A stretch of DNA of 61,451 bases, the filler included, from Chiloscyllium plagiosum (lineage: Eukaryota): assembly GCF_004010195.1 (NCBI RefSeq). It is 4 parts of one record of this genome, joined end to end, with 100 filler letters (N's around TTAATTAATTAA, not from the genome) between each part and the next. Parts side by side here need not be neighbours in the genome. Positions count along the whole stretch, not along the records: positions 49,105 to 54,708 come from NC_057714.1; positions 54,809 to 61,451 come from NC_057714.1; 2 more parts are not named here. One strand, written 5' to 3'. Both the position numbers and the translations under genes were made by a program. The notes under the pieces were generated by a model that had not been told where the DNA came from, did not search any database, and was given only the letters and a program-made list of their open reading frames with translations. Positions 50,050 through 60,794 of the stretch are shown here, in pieces; position 1 is the stretch's first letter, and every line of letters begins with the position of its first letter.

Positions 50050-50335
50050 AGAATCATAGAATCCCTACAGTATGAAAACAGACCCTTTGGCCCATCCAGT
50101 CCACACTGATGTCCGGTAGAGCATCCCACCCAGACGCATCCCTTTAACCTATTCCTATAACCCTGTATTTCCCATGGCCAATCCATCTAACCTGCACATC
50201 TTTGGATTGTGGAACGAAACCAGAGCACCCGGAGGAGAGCCAAGGGGAAACGTGCAAACTACACATAGACAGTCACCGAAGGGTGGAATCAAAACCCTTC
50301 ACTGTGAGGCAGCAGAGCTAACCACTGAGCCAACC
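50050..50335 (-). mobile_element. HE1-type SINE
   Basis: A box and V-SINE body; gattctatgattct tail. Confidence 0.85.
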
Positions 50336-50804
50336 TGCATCTTTCTTTTGTACTCATCAGGACAAACACAAGAACCAATCATCCCTCTAAGCTGCACAGC
50401 CCATTCCGAAGATCTGTTAGTGGAAATCCCATTCCCAGGATTGATTACCGGATTTGGAATCACTGCCTCACGCTGAACACAGAGGTCTGCATAGAAGAAA
50501 AACAAAATTAGAGGGAACCTAGGCAGAAATGTCCAGTTGAAATCATCACAGCAATTCCATTGGATTGTTAGTGATGATCTTTTAAAATTTGGCAATCTTG
50601 CCCTTGTCCTAATGAGTGAAAGATGAAAAGGTGCAACTATGTTTTCTTTCAGCAATAGTAGATTTGATTCGAGATCCAACAGCTACATCAAAGACATTCC
50701 CCCCAAAATAAGATCAGAAGTGGGGATGTTCACCAATGATTGGACAGTGTTCAGCATCATTCGCGACTCCTCAGATATTGATGCAGTTCATTTTCAAATG
50801 CTGT

Positions 50805-51358
50805 TCTGTAACTCCTTTTCTGGAATACTGTGCACAGATCTGGTTGCCATCTTACAAAAAGGATGTTATTAAACTGGAGAGGGTTCAGAAAAGATTGGTC
50901 AAGATGTTGCTGGGAATGGAAGGTTTCAGTTATAAAAGAAGGCTGGATAGGCAGGAACATTTCTTGCTGGGAAGCTAGGAGGCTGAGGGGTGACCATATA
51001 GAGGCTTATAAAATCATGAGGGGTCTGGATAAGGTGAATGATAAGGATCTTTTCCCTATGGTTTTCAAAGCAAGGGGGCATTTTTTAAGCTGAGAGGAGA
51101 AAGATTTAAGAAGGACATGAGTGGCAAAATTTTACTCAGAGAGTGGTTCTTGTGTGGAATGAACTGCCAGAGAAAATAGTGGATGCAGGTACAGTTACAA
51201 TGTTTAAAAAATATTTGGATAAGTACATGAATAGGAAAGGTTTGGAGGGGTATGGGCCAAATGCAGGCAGGTGGGCCTAGTTTAATTTGGGAACTTGGTC
51301 AGCGTGGACTAGTTGGACTGAAGGGTCTGTTTCCATCCTGTATGACTTTATGCCTCTA
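50805..51358 (+). mobile_element. CR1 3' fragment nested in LINE family B
   Basis: LEYCAQIWLPSYKKDVIKLERVQKR. Confidence 0.9.
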
Positions 51359-51921
51359 TAAATATCCGGACAATATACAGGGTTGGGCTGAAAACTGTCA
51401 AGTAACATTCATATCACACAACTGCCAGGCTATGACCATCTCCAATAAGAGGCAATCTATAACCATCGTCTCTTGACATTCGATGGCATTACCATCATTG
51501 AATCCCCCATTACCAATATCCTGCAGTTACCTTGACCAGAAACTCAACTGGAGTCACCAAACAAATATGATGGCTACAAGAATAGTTCAAAGGCTAAGAA
51601 CGCTGCTGTAATTCACTCACCTCCTGCCTTCCCAAAGCCTGTCGATCATCTGCAAGGCACAAGTCAGGAGTGTGATGGAATACTCCCCACTTGCCTGGAT
51701 GGGTGCAGCTCCAACAACACTCAAAACGTTTGACGTCATCCTGAATAAAGCAGCCCGCTTGATTGACACCACATCCACAAACATCCACTCTCCTCTACCA
51801 CCCATGCACAGTAGCAGTTGTGTGTCGTCTATAAGATACACTGCACAAGTTCAGCAAAGTTCCTCAGACACCATCATCTGCCAGTTCCCTTCCAAGCCAC
51901 TCACCTTCCTGACTTGGAAAT

Positions 51922-52206
51922 CATCAAAGACCCCACCGACCCCAATAATGTTTTCCTACAACCTCTTCTGTCAGGCAGAAGATACAATAGCTTGAACACA
52001 TGTGCCAACAGGTTCCAGAACAGCTTCTCCTCTGCTGTCATTAGACTGCTGAATTGACCTCTCTAATTTCAAATAATGTTGATCCTGCTTTATGCACTTC
52101 CTGGGCAACTGTAACCTGTATGCTTTGCTCTGTCTAAGCACTCAATGATCTGTATGTCCTTGTACTTAGATACATGTCACTACAATAAATCAAATCAAAT
52201 CAAACT
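51922..52206 (+). mobile_element. Rex1/Babar 3' fragment nested in LINE family B
   Basis: GRRYNSLNTCANRFQNSF; (aatca)n tail; GAAAT duplicated at 51917-51921 and 52207-52211. Confidence 0.85.
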
Positions 52207-53214
52207 GAAATATATGACTGTACCTTCACTGTCGCTGGATCAAAATCCTGGAATTCCCTCCCTAAGGGCATTGGGGGTCAACCCACAGCAGGTGGACTGC
52301 AGCAGTTCAAGAAGGCAGCTCACCCCCACTTTCTTAAGGGGGCAACTAGGGACGGGCAGTAATTGCTGGACCAGCCTGCGATGCCCACGTCCTATGAGTA
52401 AAAAGTAAACAAATACATCACGAACAATCAATGAGTCGACAAGAGACCCAGACATGAGGTGAAGAAACCAGTCAAACTTTAGGAAAAATTAGCTTAAAAG
52501 CAGCTATTTCTCCCAACCTAACCATGGACTGGATCTTGAATATGACTCCGCTTGCTTAAGGTGATGAGTTAAATCACTGTTCTCTGAAAAGACTATCCAT
52601 CATTATTGTTGACTTGTTCATTGTAAAGTGTCTTCTCAAAGTGTTTTTCTCTTGCTCGGTATGGTGTAAAGACTGCAAAACAAGTTGCTCGACTGGCCCA
52701 TAAACAGTGGTGTTGACATTGAAACGAGTTGTCTGTTATGAATATGTAATAGGCCATCTGTCCAGGGAAATGTTAATTAAACGAAGATTCAAAGATTTCT
52801 TTCCTCGTCAGTACATTTCCCAATTGATGTAAATGGCTGCCGGGGGTGAGATAACTTTTTGGAGGGAGGAAATGTAGCTGGGGTTTGACATAACAAAGCA
52901 TCTTTAAAGGCCTTAACAGAATCTTTGGAATACGGAGCCAGTAAATCCTTCCATTCACTTCAAGTCAAACTTCAGCTTCAGCAGAACACCTGTCACCAAC
53001 AAGTCAATGCACTTAATAACAGCAAAATTGGCAAGAATACGCGAACCCTGAAATTAGCATGGAAAGTTCTGGAAATTTAGGCCAGACGACAGTTATGCAG
53101 AATGAAACAGGGTGAAATTTTCTGATCATTGACCTTTCATCTGAAATGAAAGGAAGAGACTATACCGTTTGAAACCTTTCTGCAGCTACAGATGCGAGGG
53201 AAGATCAGTTCAAT

Positions 53215-54210
53215 AATTTTTAAAAATACATTAATGGGATGTGGCTGGGTCAGCATTTATTCCCTGTCCCTAGTTGTTCTTGAGAAGGTGATGGTGAGCT
53301 GCCTTCTTGAACTGCTGCAGTCCATGTGCTGTAGATTGACCCAGAATGCCATTCGGGACAGTTTTTCTAGGATTTTGACTAGAAACAGTGAAGGAACGGT
53401 GATATTTTTCCAAGTCGGGATGGTGAGTGCCTGGTTGGGAACTTGCAGATGGCAGTGTTCCCACTTATCTGTTGCCCTTGTCCTTCTAGATGGAAGTGGT
53501 TGTGGATTTGGAAGGTGCTGTCTAAGGGTCTTTGGTGAATGTTTGCAGTGCATCTTGTGCATAGCACATACTGCTGCTACTGAGTGTCGGTGGTGAAGGG
53601 AGTGGATGTTTGTGGATGTGATGCCAGTCAAGCGGGTGCTGCTTTGTCCTGGATGGTGTCAAGCTTCTTGAGTGTTGTTGGGGCTGCACTCATCCAGGCA
53701 AGTGGGGAGTACTCCATCATACTTCTGACTTATGCCTTGTAGATGGTGGGAAAGCTTTGGGGAGTCAGGAGGGGAGTTATTTGCTGTAGTATTTCTTAGC
53801 CTCTGACTTGCTCTTATAGTCACTGTGTTTATGTGGCGAGTCCAGTTGAGTTTCTGGTCAATGATAAACCCCAGGATGTTGATAGTGGGGATTCTGTGAT
53901 GGTAACACCTTTGAATGTCAAGCAGTGGTGGTTAGATTGTCGTTTATTGGTGATGGTCATAGCTTGGCATTTGTATGGTGTGAATATTACTTGCCACTTG
54001 TCAGCCCAAGACTGGATATTGTCTGGATCTTGTTGCATTTGAACATGAACTGCTTCAGTGTCTGAGGAGTCATGAATGGTGCTGAGCAATGTGTAATCAT
54101 CAGCAAACGTCCCCACTTTATGATGGAGGGAAGGTCATTAATGAAGCAGCTGAAATTGGTTGGGCCTAGAACACTACCTGAGGAACTCCTGCAGAGCTGT
54201 CCTGGAGCTG
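53215..54210 (-). mobile_element. LINE family B RT to 3' end
   Basis: GTFADDYT; QSWADKWQVIFTPYKC. Confidence 0.9.
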
Positions 54211-54467
54211 AGAGAAGGGGAGGGATAAAATGAGGTGAAAATGGCTGTCGCTGTTGTTGGCGCTCATGTAGATTTGGGATAAAGGTGAGGAGGTGTAGGC
54301 AGCACAGAGGGCATGCAGGAACAGTGGTGGGCGTGGGTGGGTGAGAGCTAGTGGGGAAGATGTTCAGGGTACAGTGAAAGTGGGGGAAGCATGAGCCTTG
54401 GTGAGAGTTGGGTCAGTAGCGGAGATAGAGTGAGTGTGAGATGGCAGAGGGAAGAATGTGGCAGTTA

Positions 54468-54590
54468 TCCTGGTGGAGGAGAGATGTCATTGACCTTTAT
54501 GTGGCACCACTGGGCAAGAATGCCTTCATCCACCAGGACCTCCAGGTCCCTGCCCTCAAAGTGGGGCACAAATTGCCTTCTGACTGCCAT
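54468..54590 (-). pseudogene. Myb/SANT-like DNA-binding protein relic (PIF/Harbinger accessory gene type)
   Basis: MAVRRQFVPHFEGRDLEVLVDEG...QWCHIKVNDI resembles the PRF..ELEVLVD and QCRKK.NDL helices, with the middle deleted. Confidence 0.6.
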
Positions 54591-54808
54591 CTCCAGGGTA
54601 TGAATGTTGGAGCTGTCTAGGGCAGCTCCAGACTGCCAACACTTGACACGATGCACATCATTTTTAAATAAAGATAGAAATTGCTGCAAAAACTCAGCAG
54701 GTCTGGTANNNNNNNNNNNNNNNNNNNNNNNNNNNNNNNNNNNNNNNNNNNNTTAATTAATTAANNNNNNNNNNNNNNNNNNNNNNNNNNNNNNNNNNNN
54801 NNNNNNNN

Positions 54809-54898
54809 GAAAATGTGTTGCTGGAAAAGCGCAGCAGGTCAGGCAGCATCCAGGGAACAGGAGAATCGACGTTTCGGGCATAAGCCCTTCTTCGGGAA
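54809..54898 (-). mobile_element. PLE terminus with hammerhead-like core
   Basis: ccgaagaaGGGC-ttat-GCCC-GAAACGTCga. Confidence 0.85.
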
Positions 54899-55029
54899 CC
54901 TTTAAGTACAGGAGTTGGGACATCATGTTGAGGTTATACTGCACATCGGTGAGGCCTCTTCTGCAATACTGTGTCCGGTCCTGGTCACCCTGTTATAAAA
55001 AGGATATTATTAAACTGGAGAGGGGTCAG

Positions 55030-55660
55030 CTGCCTCAAGCCACTAGAGCTATATTTCCCTCCCTGCCCCTATCAGCGTTCTGGAGAGGCCATTCCCTCCG
55101 TGACACCCTCATCAGGTCCGCACCCCCCACCAGCCCACACCCCACTCCTGGTACTTTTCCATGCCACCGCGGGAAGTGTAAAACCTGCGCCCACACCTCC
55201 CCCCTCACCTCCGTCCAAAGCCCCAAGGGGTCCTTCCTCATCCGTCAGAAATTTACCCACACCTCTACCAATGTCACCTCCTGCATCCGTTGCACCTGAT
55301 GTGGTCTCCTCTACATCGGGGAGACAGGATGCCTTCTTGCGAATCGTTTCGGAGAACATCTCTGGAACACCCACACTCACCAACCCCACCGCCCCGCGGC
55401 TGAACACTTCAACACCCCCTCCCACTCTGTCAAGGACATGCAGGTGCTGGGCATCCTCTACCGCCAAACCGTTACCACCCGAGGCCTGGAGGAGGAACGC
55501 CTCATATTCAGCCTTGGGACCCTGCACCACACGGGATAGACGTGCATTTCAACAGCTTCCCCATTTCCCCTTCCCCCTCATTATCCCAGTTCCAAGCCTC
55601 CAACTCAGCACCGCCCTCCTGACCTGTCCATCACCCGCCCCCTATGACCTATCACCTTCT
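55030..55660 (+). mobile_element. PLE GIY-YIG fragment
   Basis: GTFPCHRGKCKTC; CIRCT*CGLLYIGETG. Confidence 0.9.
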
Positions 55661-55837
55661 CTCCATGGTCTAAAGATGCGCAGGTTAGGGTGAATTGGCA
55701 ATGGGAAATTGATCATAGTGTCCAGGTATGTGTAAGGGAAAATGTAGAGGAATAGGCCTGGGTGGGATACTCTTCGAAGGGTTGGTGTGGACTTATTGGA
55801 CCAAAATGGCCTGTTCCTGCACTGTAGGGATTCTATG
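55661..55837 (+). mobile_element. HE1-type SINE, 5'-truncated
   Basis: aaagatgcgcaggttagggtgaattggc body; gggattctatg tail. Confidence 0.8.
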
Positions 55838-56344
55838 ATTTACCAGGATGTTGTGGGAATGGAGAGTTTGCGTTATAAGGATAGGATGGGACCTTTATCA
55901 CTGATGTGTAGGAGGTTTGAGGAGAGGAGGTTTGACCTTATTTATAAGACCATGGCTGGTATACATAAGTTGAATGGCAGGTGTCTTTTCCCTCGGGTGG
56001 GGGGAGTTCAAGACTAGGGGGCATATTTTTAAGGTGAGAGGATAAAGATTTAAAAAGGACATGAGGGGTAACTTTTTTTCACGGAGAATGGTTTGTGTGT
56101 GGGATGAGCTGCCAGAGAAAGTGGTGGATGGGAGTTCAGTTACATTGTTTAGAAGATAAGTCCATGAATAGGAAAGGTTTGGAGGGATATAAGCCAAACG
56201 CAGGCAGGTGGGACTTGTTCAGTTTGTGAACATGGTCGGTATGGACTGGTTGGATCGAGGGATGTTTCTGTGCTGTGTGACTCGATGAGTGTATGATTCT
56301 ATGACTCCCAATTTGGCTATCACAGCCTGAATACAGATGAGAAC

Positions 56345-56725
56345 AAATTCAGAACAGGAGTAGACCATTCGGCCCCTCAAGCCTGCTCTTTGCCATTCGA
56401 TAAGAGCATGGCTGGTCTGACTGTGTCACCAGCTCCATTGCCTTGTTTAATACTGATAGCCTCCAACTTCCTGTCAGCCAAGATTCTGCCTTAAAAATGA
56501 ACTCCACCCCCCCCCACCCCCTCCCACCACTCTCGGGGGGACAAGGGTTCACCGACCCACAATCCCCTGCAAGGTTGAAAGAAGTCAGCTAATTTTCATC
56601 TCCATTAGGAGGCTTCTTGTTTTGAAAACTGTGTTGCTTGCTTCTAGCCTCTCTCACAAGGGGAAATATTAACCAACGCCCCTCAGGATCTGACATGCTT
56701 CAATAAGGTCACGCTTCTAAACTCC
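56345..56725 (-). mobile_element. Old CR1 3' end
   Basis: ggagtagaccattcggccc terminal motif. Confidence 0.65.
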
Positions 56726-56744
56726 ACACCTTCAGGCCTGCTAT

Positions 56745-57083
56745 CTTTGGTGGCTCAGTGGATAGCACTACTGCCTCACAGCGCCAGGGATGCGGGTTCG
56801 ATTCCAGCCTCGGGCGACTGTCTGTGTGGAGTTTGCAAATTCTCCTCGTGTCTGCGTTGGTTTGCTCCAATTACCTCCCACAGTCCAAAGATGTGTAGGT
56901 TAGGGTGAATTGGCCAGGCTAAATCGCCCAAAGTGTTCAGGGATGTGTAGGTTAGATGCATTAGTCAGGGGAAATGTAGAGTAATAGGGTGGGGGAATGG
57001 GTCTGGGTGGGATACTCTTTGGAGGGTCAGTGTGGGCTTGTTAGGCTGAATGGGATACTGTAGGGATTCTATTCTATTCTCTA
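56745..57083 (+). mobile_element. HE1-type SINE, full length
   Basis: A box TGGCTCAGTGG; B box GGTTCGATTCC; (attct)n tail. Confidence 0.92.
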
Positions 57084-57155
57084 TCCTTCCTTCAAAAGAT
57101 ACTGCCTTCACCCCAAGTATCAATGGAGTAAATCTTCTCAGGAATGCCCACCCTA

Positions 57156-57156
<1 letters not shown>

Positions 57157-57187
<31 letters not shown>
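57157..57187. repeat. (CA)n microsatellite
   Basis: About 15 perfect CA units. Confidence 0.97.
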
Positions 57188-57191
<4 letters not shown>

Positions 57192-57949
57192 TCATTTAAA
57201 TAAGGAGACACAGAATTCCAGACATAGCCTCACCAATGCTCTACACAGCTGTAGGAGGACAGTGAGCTCAGTTGGTTGGTTTGCGATGCAGGCTGGTACC
57301 CAACAACATTGGGCTTCATTCCTGCCGGGAGGTCACCATGAGGGTCCCAGATTCTCAGCCCTGCCTCCCCCCCCCTCCCCCGCTCTCCATGAAGTGTGGN
57401 NNNNNNNNNNNNNNNNNNNNNNNNNNNNNNNNNNNNNNNNNNNNNNNNNNNNNNNNNNNNNNNNNNNNNNNNNNNNNNNNNNNNNNNNNNNNNNNNNNNN
57501 NNNNNNNNNNNNNNNNNNNNNNNNNNNNNNNNNNNNNNNNNNNNNNNNNNNNNNNNNNNNNNNNNNNNNNNNNNNNNNNNNNNNNNNNNNNNNNNNNNNN
57601 NNNNNNNNNNNNNNNNNNNNNNNNNNNNNNNNNNNNNNNNNNNNNNNNNNNNNNNNNNNNNNNNNNNNNNNNNNNNNNNNNNNNNNNNNNNNNNNNNNNN
57701 NNNNNNNNNNNNNNNNNNNNNNNNNNNNNNNNNNNNNNNNNNNNNNNNNNNNNNNNNNNNNNNNNNNNNNNNNNNNNNNNNNNNNNNNNNNNNNNNNNNN
57801 NNNNNNNNNNNNNNNNNNNNNNNNNNNNNNNNNNNNNNNNNNNNNNNNNNNNNNNNNNNNNNNNNNNNNNNNNNNNNNNNNNNNNNNNNNNNNNNNNNNC
57901 TGAAGCCAGCATTGACCTGTTGGGCCGAATAGCCTACATGACTACGGTG

Positions 57950-58170
57950 ATGACCATGAATCTGTTGTCAATTGTTGGGAAAATCCCGTCAGGTTCACTA
58001 AGTTCTTTAGGGAAGAAATCTGCCATCCTTACCTGGTCTGGCCTACATGTGACTTCAGACCCACAGCAATGGGGTTGACTCTCAACTGGCCTCTGGGCAA
58101 TTTGGGATGGGTAATAAACGCTAGCCTAGTCAGTGATATCCTCATGCTGTGAATGAATAGAAAAAATGTG
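57950..58170 (+). mobile_element. SINE 3' half with a LINE family B-like tail
   Basis: Homologous to 16570-16760 reversed; tail gggcaatttgggatggg...tgaatgaatagaaaaaa. Confidence 0.75.
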
Positions 58171-58199
58171 AATATTTAAAAACTAGAGAGTATCCAGAC

Positions 58200-58326
58200 T
58201 GATTCCTGATGAAGGGCTTTTGCCCAGCATGTCAATTCTCCTGCTCCTCGGACGCTGCCTGACCTATCGGGCTTTTCTAGCAACACATTCTCAGCTCTAA
58301 TCCCCAGCATCTGCAGTCCTCACGTT
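58200..58326 (+). mobile_element. PLE terminus
   Basis: CTGATGAAGGGCttttGCCC followed by gctgcctgacct...ccagcatctgcagtcctcac. Confidence 0.85.
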
Positions 58327-58770
58327 CACCTGATTCCTGGGATGGCAGGGCTAACGTGTGAAGAGAGATCGGATCGATTAGGATTGCATCCAACAGAGTT
58401 CAGAAGAAGGAGGAGAATCTCATTAAAAAACTGATAAAATCCAAACAAAGTGGAGGTAGGAAGGATGTTACCAATGACCAGGGAGGGGGGAGTGGGGTGG
58501 GGTGGGAAGGCGGGTCCTGAATCAGAGCTAACACAGTTTAAGGATACAGGGTAGGCCATTTAGGACCGAACCGTCTTCACCCAGAGAGTGGGGATCCCGT
58601 GCCACAGAAAGTGCTAGAGACAAAACGTCGAATGTTTTCAAGAGGGCGTTAGAATTTGTCCTTCAGGCTAATGGGGCCAAAGAGAATGGGGAGAGATCAG
58701 GAAGGGGATACTGAGTTGGAATGCAGGAACAGGCTCAAAGGGCTGAATGGCCTACTGTTGCTCCTATTTC
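58327..58770 (+). mobile_element. CR1 3' fragment
   Basis: LIPGMAGL; gaatggcctact terminal motif. Confidence 0.75.
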
Positions 58771-58774
58771 AGAT

Positions 58775-59090
58775 AAAATCCCTGCAGTGTGGAAACAGGC
58801 CCTTCAGCCCAACAAGTCCACACCGACCTGCCGAAGAGTATCCCATCCAGACCCATTCCCCTCCATGCCTGATGCACCTAACCTATACATCCCTGAACAC
58901 AATGGGCGATTTAGTGTGGCCAACTCACCTGGCCTGCATATCTTTCAACTGTGGGAGGAAACCGGAGCACCCAGACACGCAACACGGGGAGAATGTGCAA
59001 ACTCCACACAGACAGTCACCCGAGGCAGGAATCGAACCCCGGTCCCTGGTGCTGGGAGGCAGCAGTGCTAACCACTGAGCCACCGTGCCC
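58775..59090 (-). mobile_element. HE1-type SINE
   Basis: GGCACGGTGGCTCAGTGG head; GGTTCGATTCC B box. Confidence 0.92.
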
Positions 59091-59261
59091 CCCTTATTTG
59101 TGCCATTTCTATGTTTATGTTCTGGTGTATTCTTTGATCTGCATGAACGACGGAAGGAAAGGATCAAAAGTCAGGAAGTTGGTGTTGGCTGTTGGGGGTC
59201 GAGCCCCTGCCCTGGATTCACACCCTGACCCGTCTTTCCCCAGTTCTGTTGGAAAGCCCCC

Positions 59262-59835
59262 TCATAGAATCATACAAACCCTTCGAACCAACCAGTCTAT
59301 ATAATCCCAAACTAAGCTAGTCCCAACTGCCCGCTCTGGCCCATATTCCTCCAAACCTTTCCTATTGATGTACTTATCCAAATGTCTTTTAAATGTTGTA
59401 ACTCTACCTGCATCCACCACTTCCTCTGGACATTCATTCCACATGCGAACCACTGTCTGTGTAAAACAAAATTTCGCCTCATGTCTTTTTAAAGTCTTTC
59501 TCCACTCACCTTAAAAATATGCCCCCTCGTCTTAAAATCCCCCACACGAGGGAAAAGGCACCTTCCATTCACCTTATCTACATCCCTCATGATTTTATAA
59601 ATGTTTCTAAGGTCGCCTCTCAATCTCTTAGCTTCAGTGAAAAAGGTCCCAGCCTCTCCCCATAGCTCAAACATTTCATTCTCAGCAACCTCCTGGTAAA
59701 TCTGTTCTGAACCCTCTCCAGTTTAATAATATCCTCCCTACAACAGGGCGACCAGAACTGGACACAGTCTCCAGAAGAGGCCTCACCAACGTCCCGTATA
59801 ACCTCAACATGACGTCCCAACTCCTATACTGAAAT
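59262..59835 (-). mobile_element. CR1 3' fragment
   Basis: CVQFWSPCCREDIIKLERVQNRFTR. Confidence 0.9.
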
Positions 59836-60794
59836 CCAATCAAAGATCTTCGCGCCAGAGACTCTGTCACCCTCACGGACTGGTATTGTCACCTACTTCA
59901 GCCGTCGATTCATAACAGCATAGCAGGAGTCCATTTGGCCCATCAAATCTATGTTGGTCATTTGCGCAACGATTGACTCAGTCCCAGTGTGCAGTGTAGC
60001 CCTTCCATTCCCCCCAAGTTGCTGAATCAACTCCCTTTGGAAATTATAGTACCACCACTCTCACACGCAGGGAGTGCTGCCCTCCATTTTAAGGATCTTC
60101 CTCCTCACATCCTCTTGCCCCCTCCTTGCCTCACACTGAAACCTTTAGATCTGTATCCCTTCATCCTTGTACAATCAGCTTCCTGACAGCCACTCCGGTA
60201 ACTGGCTAGTGTCACAATCACTACAAAAACCACTTACTTTATGGAACAAAGTTATGTTTAGATTACAATTCAAAGGCTTCACTGGCAAACACGTACTATA
60301 TCAACAACATATGACAGGCATCCAGCTACGCAGGATCACTCAGCACCTCATTAATGTGGAACTCGATGTGGCAACTGTATGTTTGAGGTGTGTCCCTCGT
60401 TGGGAACTTTATCCAGGGTTAAGGAAAAGTATCAGCCTACCCAGACATTAACCTTAATCAAGACTCCTCATCCAGCAGTGTTAAAATGTCGTTCGTAGAT
60501 GATGCAAGATTGAGGTGGAGGTAGGGACAGCTCTGGCCAGTCAACAGTGAGGAAGGGCTGCTACAAATGAGACCATGAGAAATAGGAACAGGTGTAGGCC
60601 ATTCGGTCCCTCGAGCCTGCTCCACTATTCAACAGCATCATGGTGGTCCAACCTTCCTCCACAGTTTCAGGGCACTTATTAAACAGGAGGAAAGTAGGAG
60701 CCACGGGAGTTGAAGGTAAAGCCAGTATTTGTTGTCTATCCCTATTTCCCCCTTGAACTGGGAGGCTTGCTCGGGCCATTTCAAAGGGAAGTTA

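Larger units (their letters stand above)
50677..52410 (+). mobile_element. LINE family B RT C-terminus to 3' end, with nested CR1 and Rex1
   Basis: SEVGMFTND; MEYSPLAWMGAAPTTLK; tail gggcaactagggacggg. Confidence 0.88.
54902..56305 (+). mobile_element. CR1 3' fragment split by a PLE plus HE1 block
   Basis: DIIKLERG breaks at ~55029 and resumes as FTRML at ~55838. Confidence 0.85.

Noticed and set aside
56745..56815. tRNA gene (also heads at ~43440-43520, ~46810-46872, ~59030-59090)
   Set aside because: A/B boxes continue into the HE1 SINE body and tail; these are SINE heads
60238..60281. Minus-strand exon ending AAA|GTAAGT
   Set aside because: Weak acceptor, and the phase gives an immediate stop with the next candidate exon
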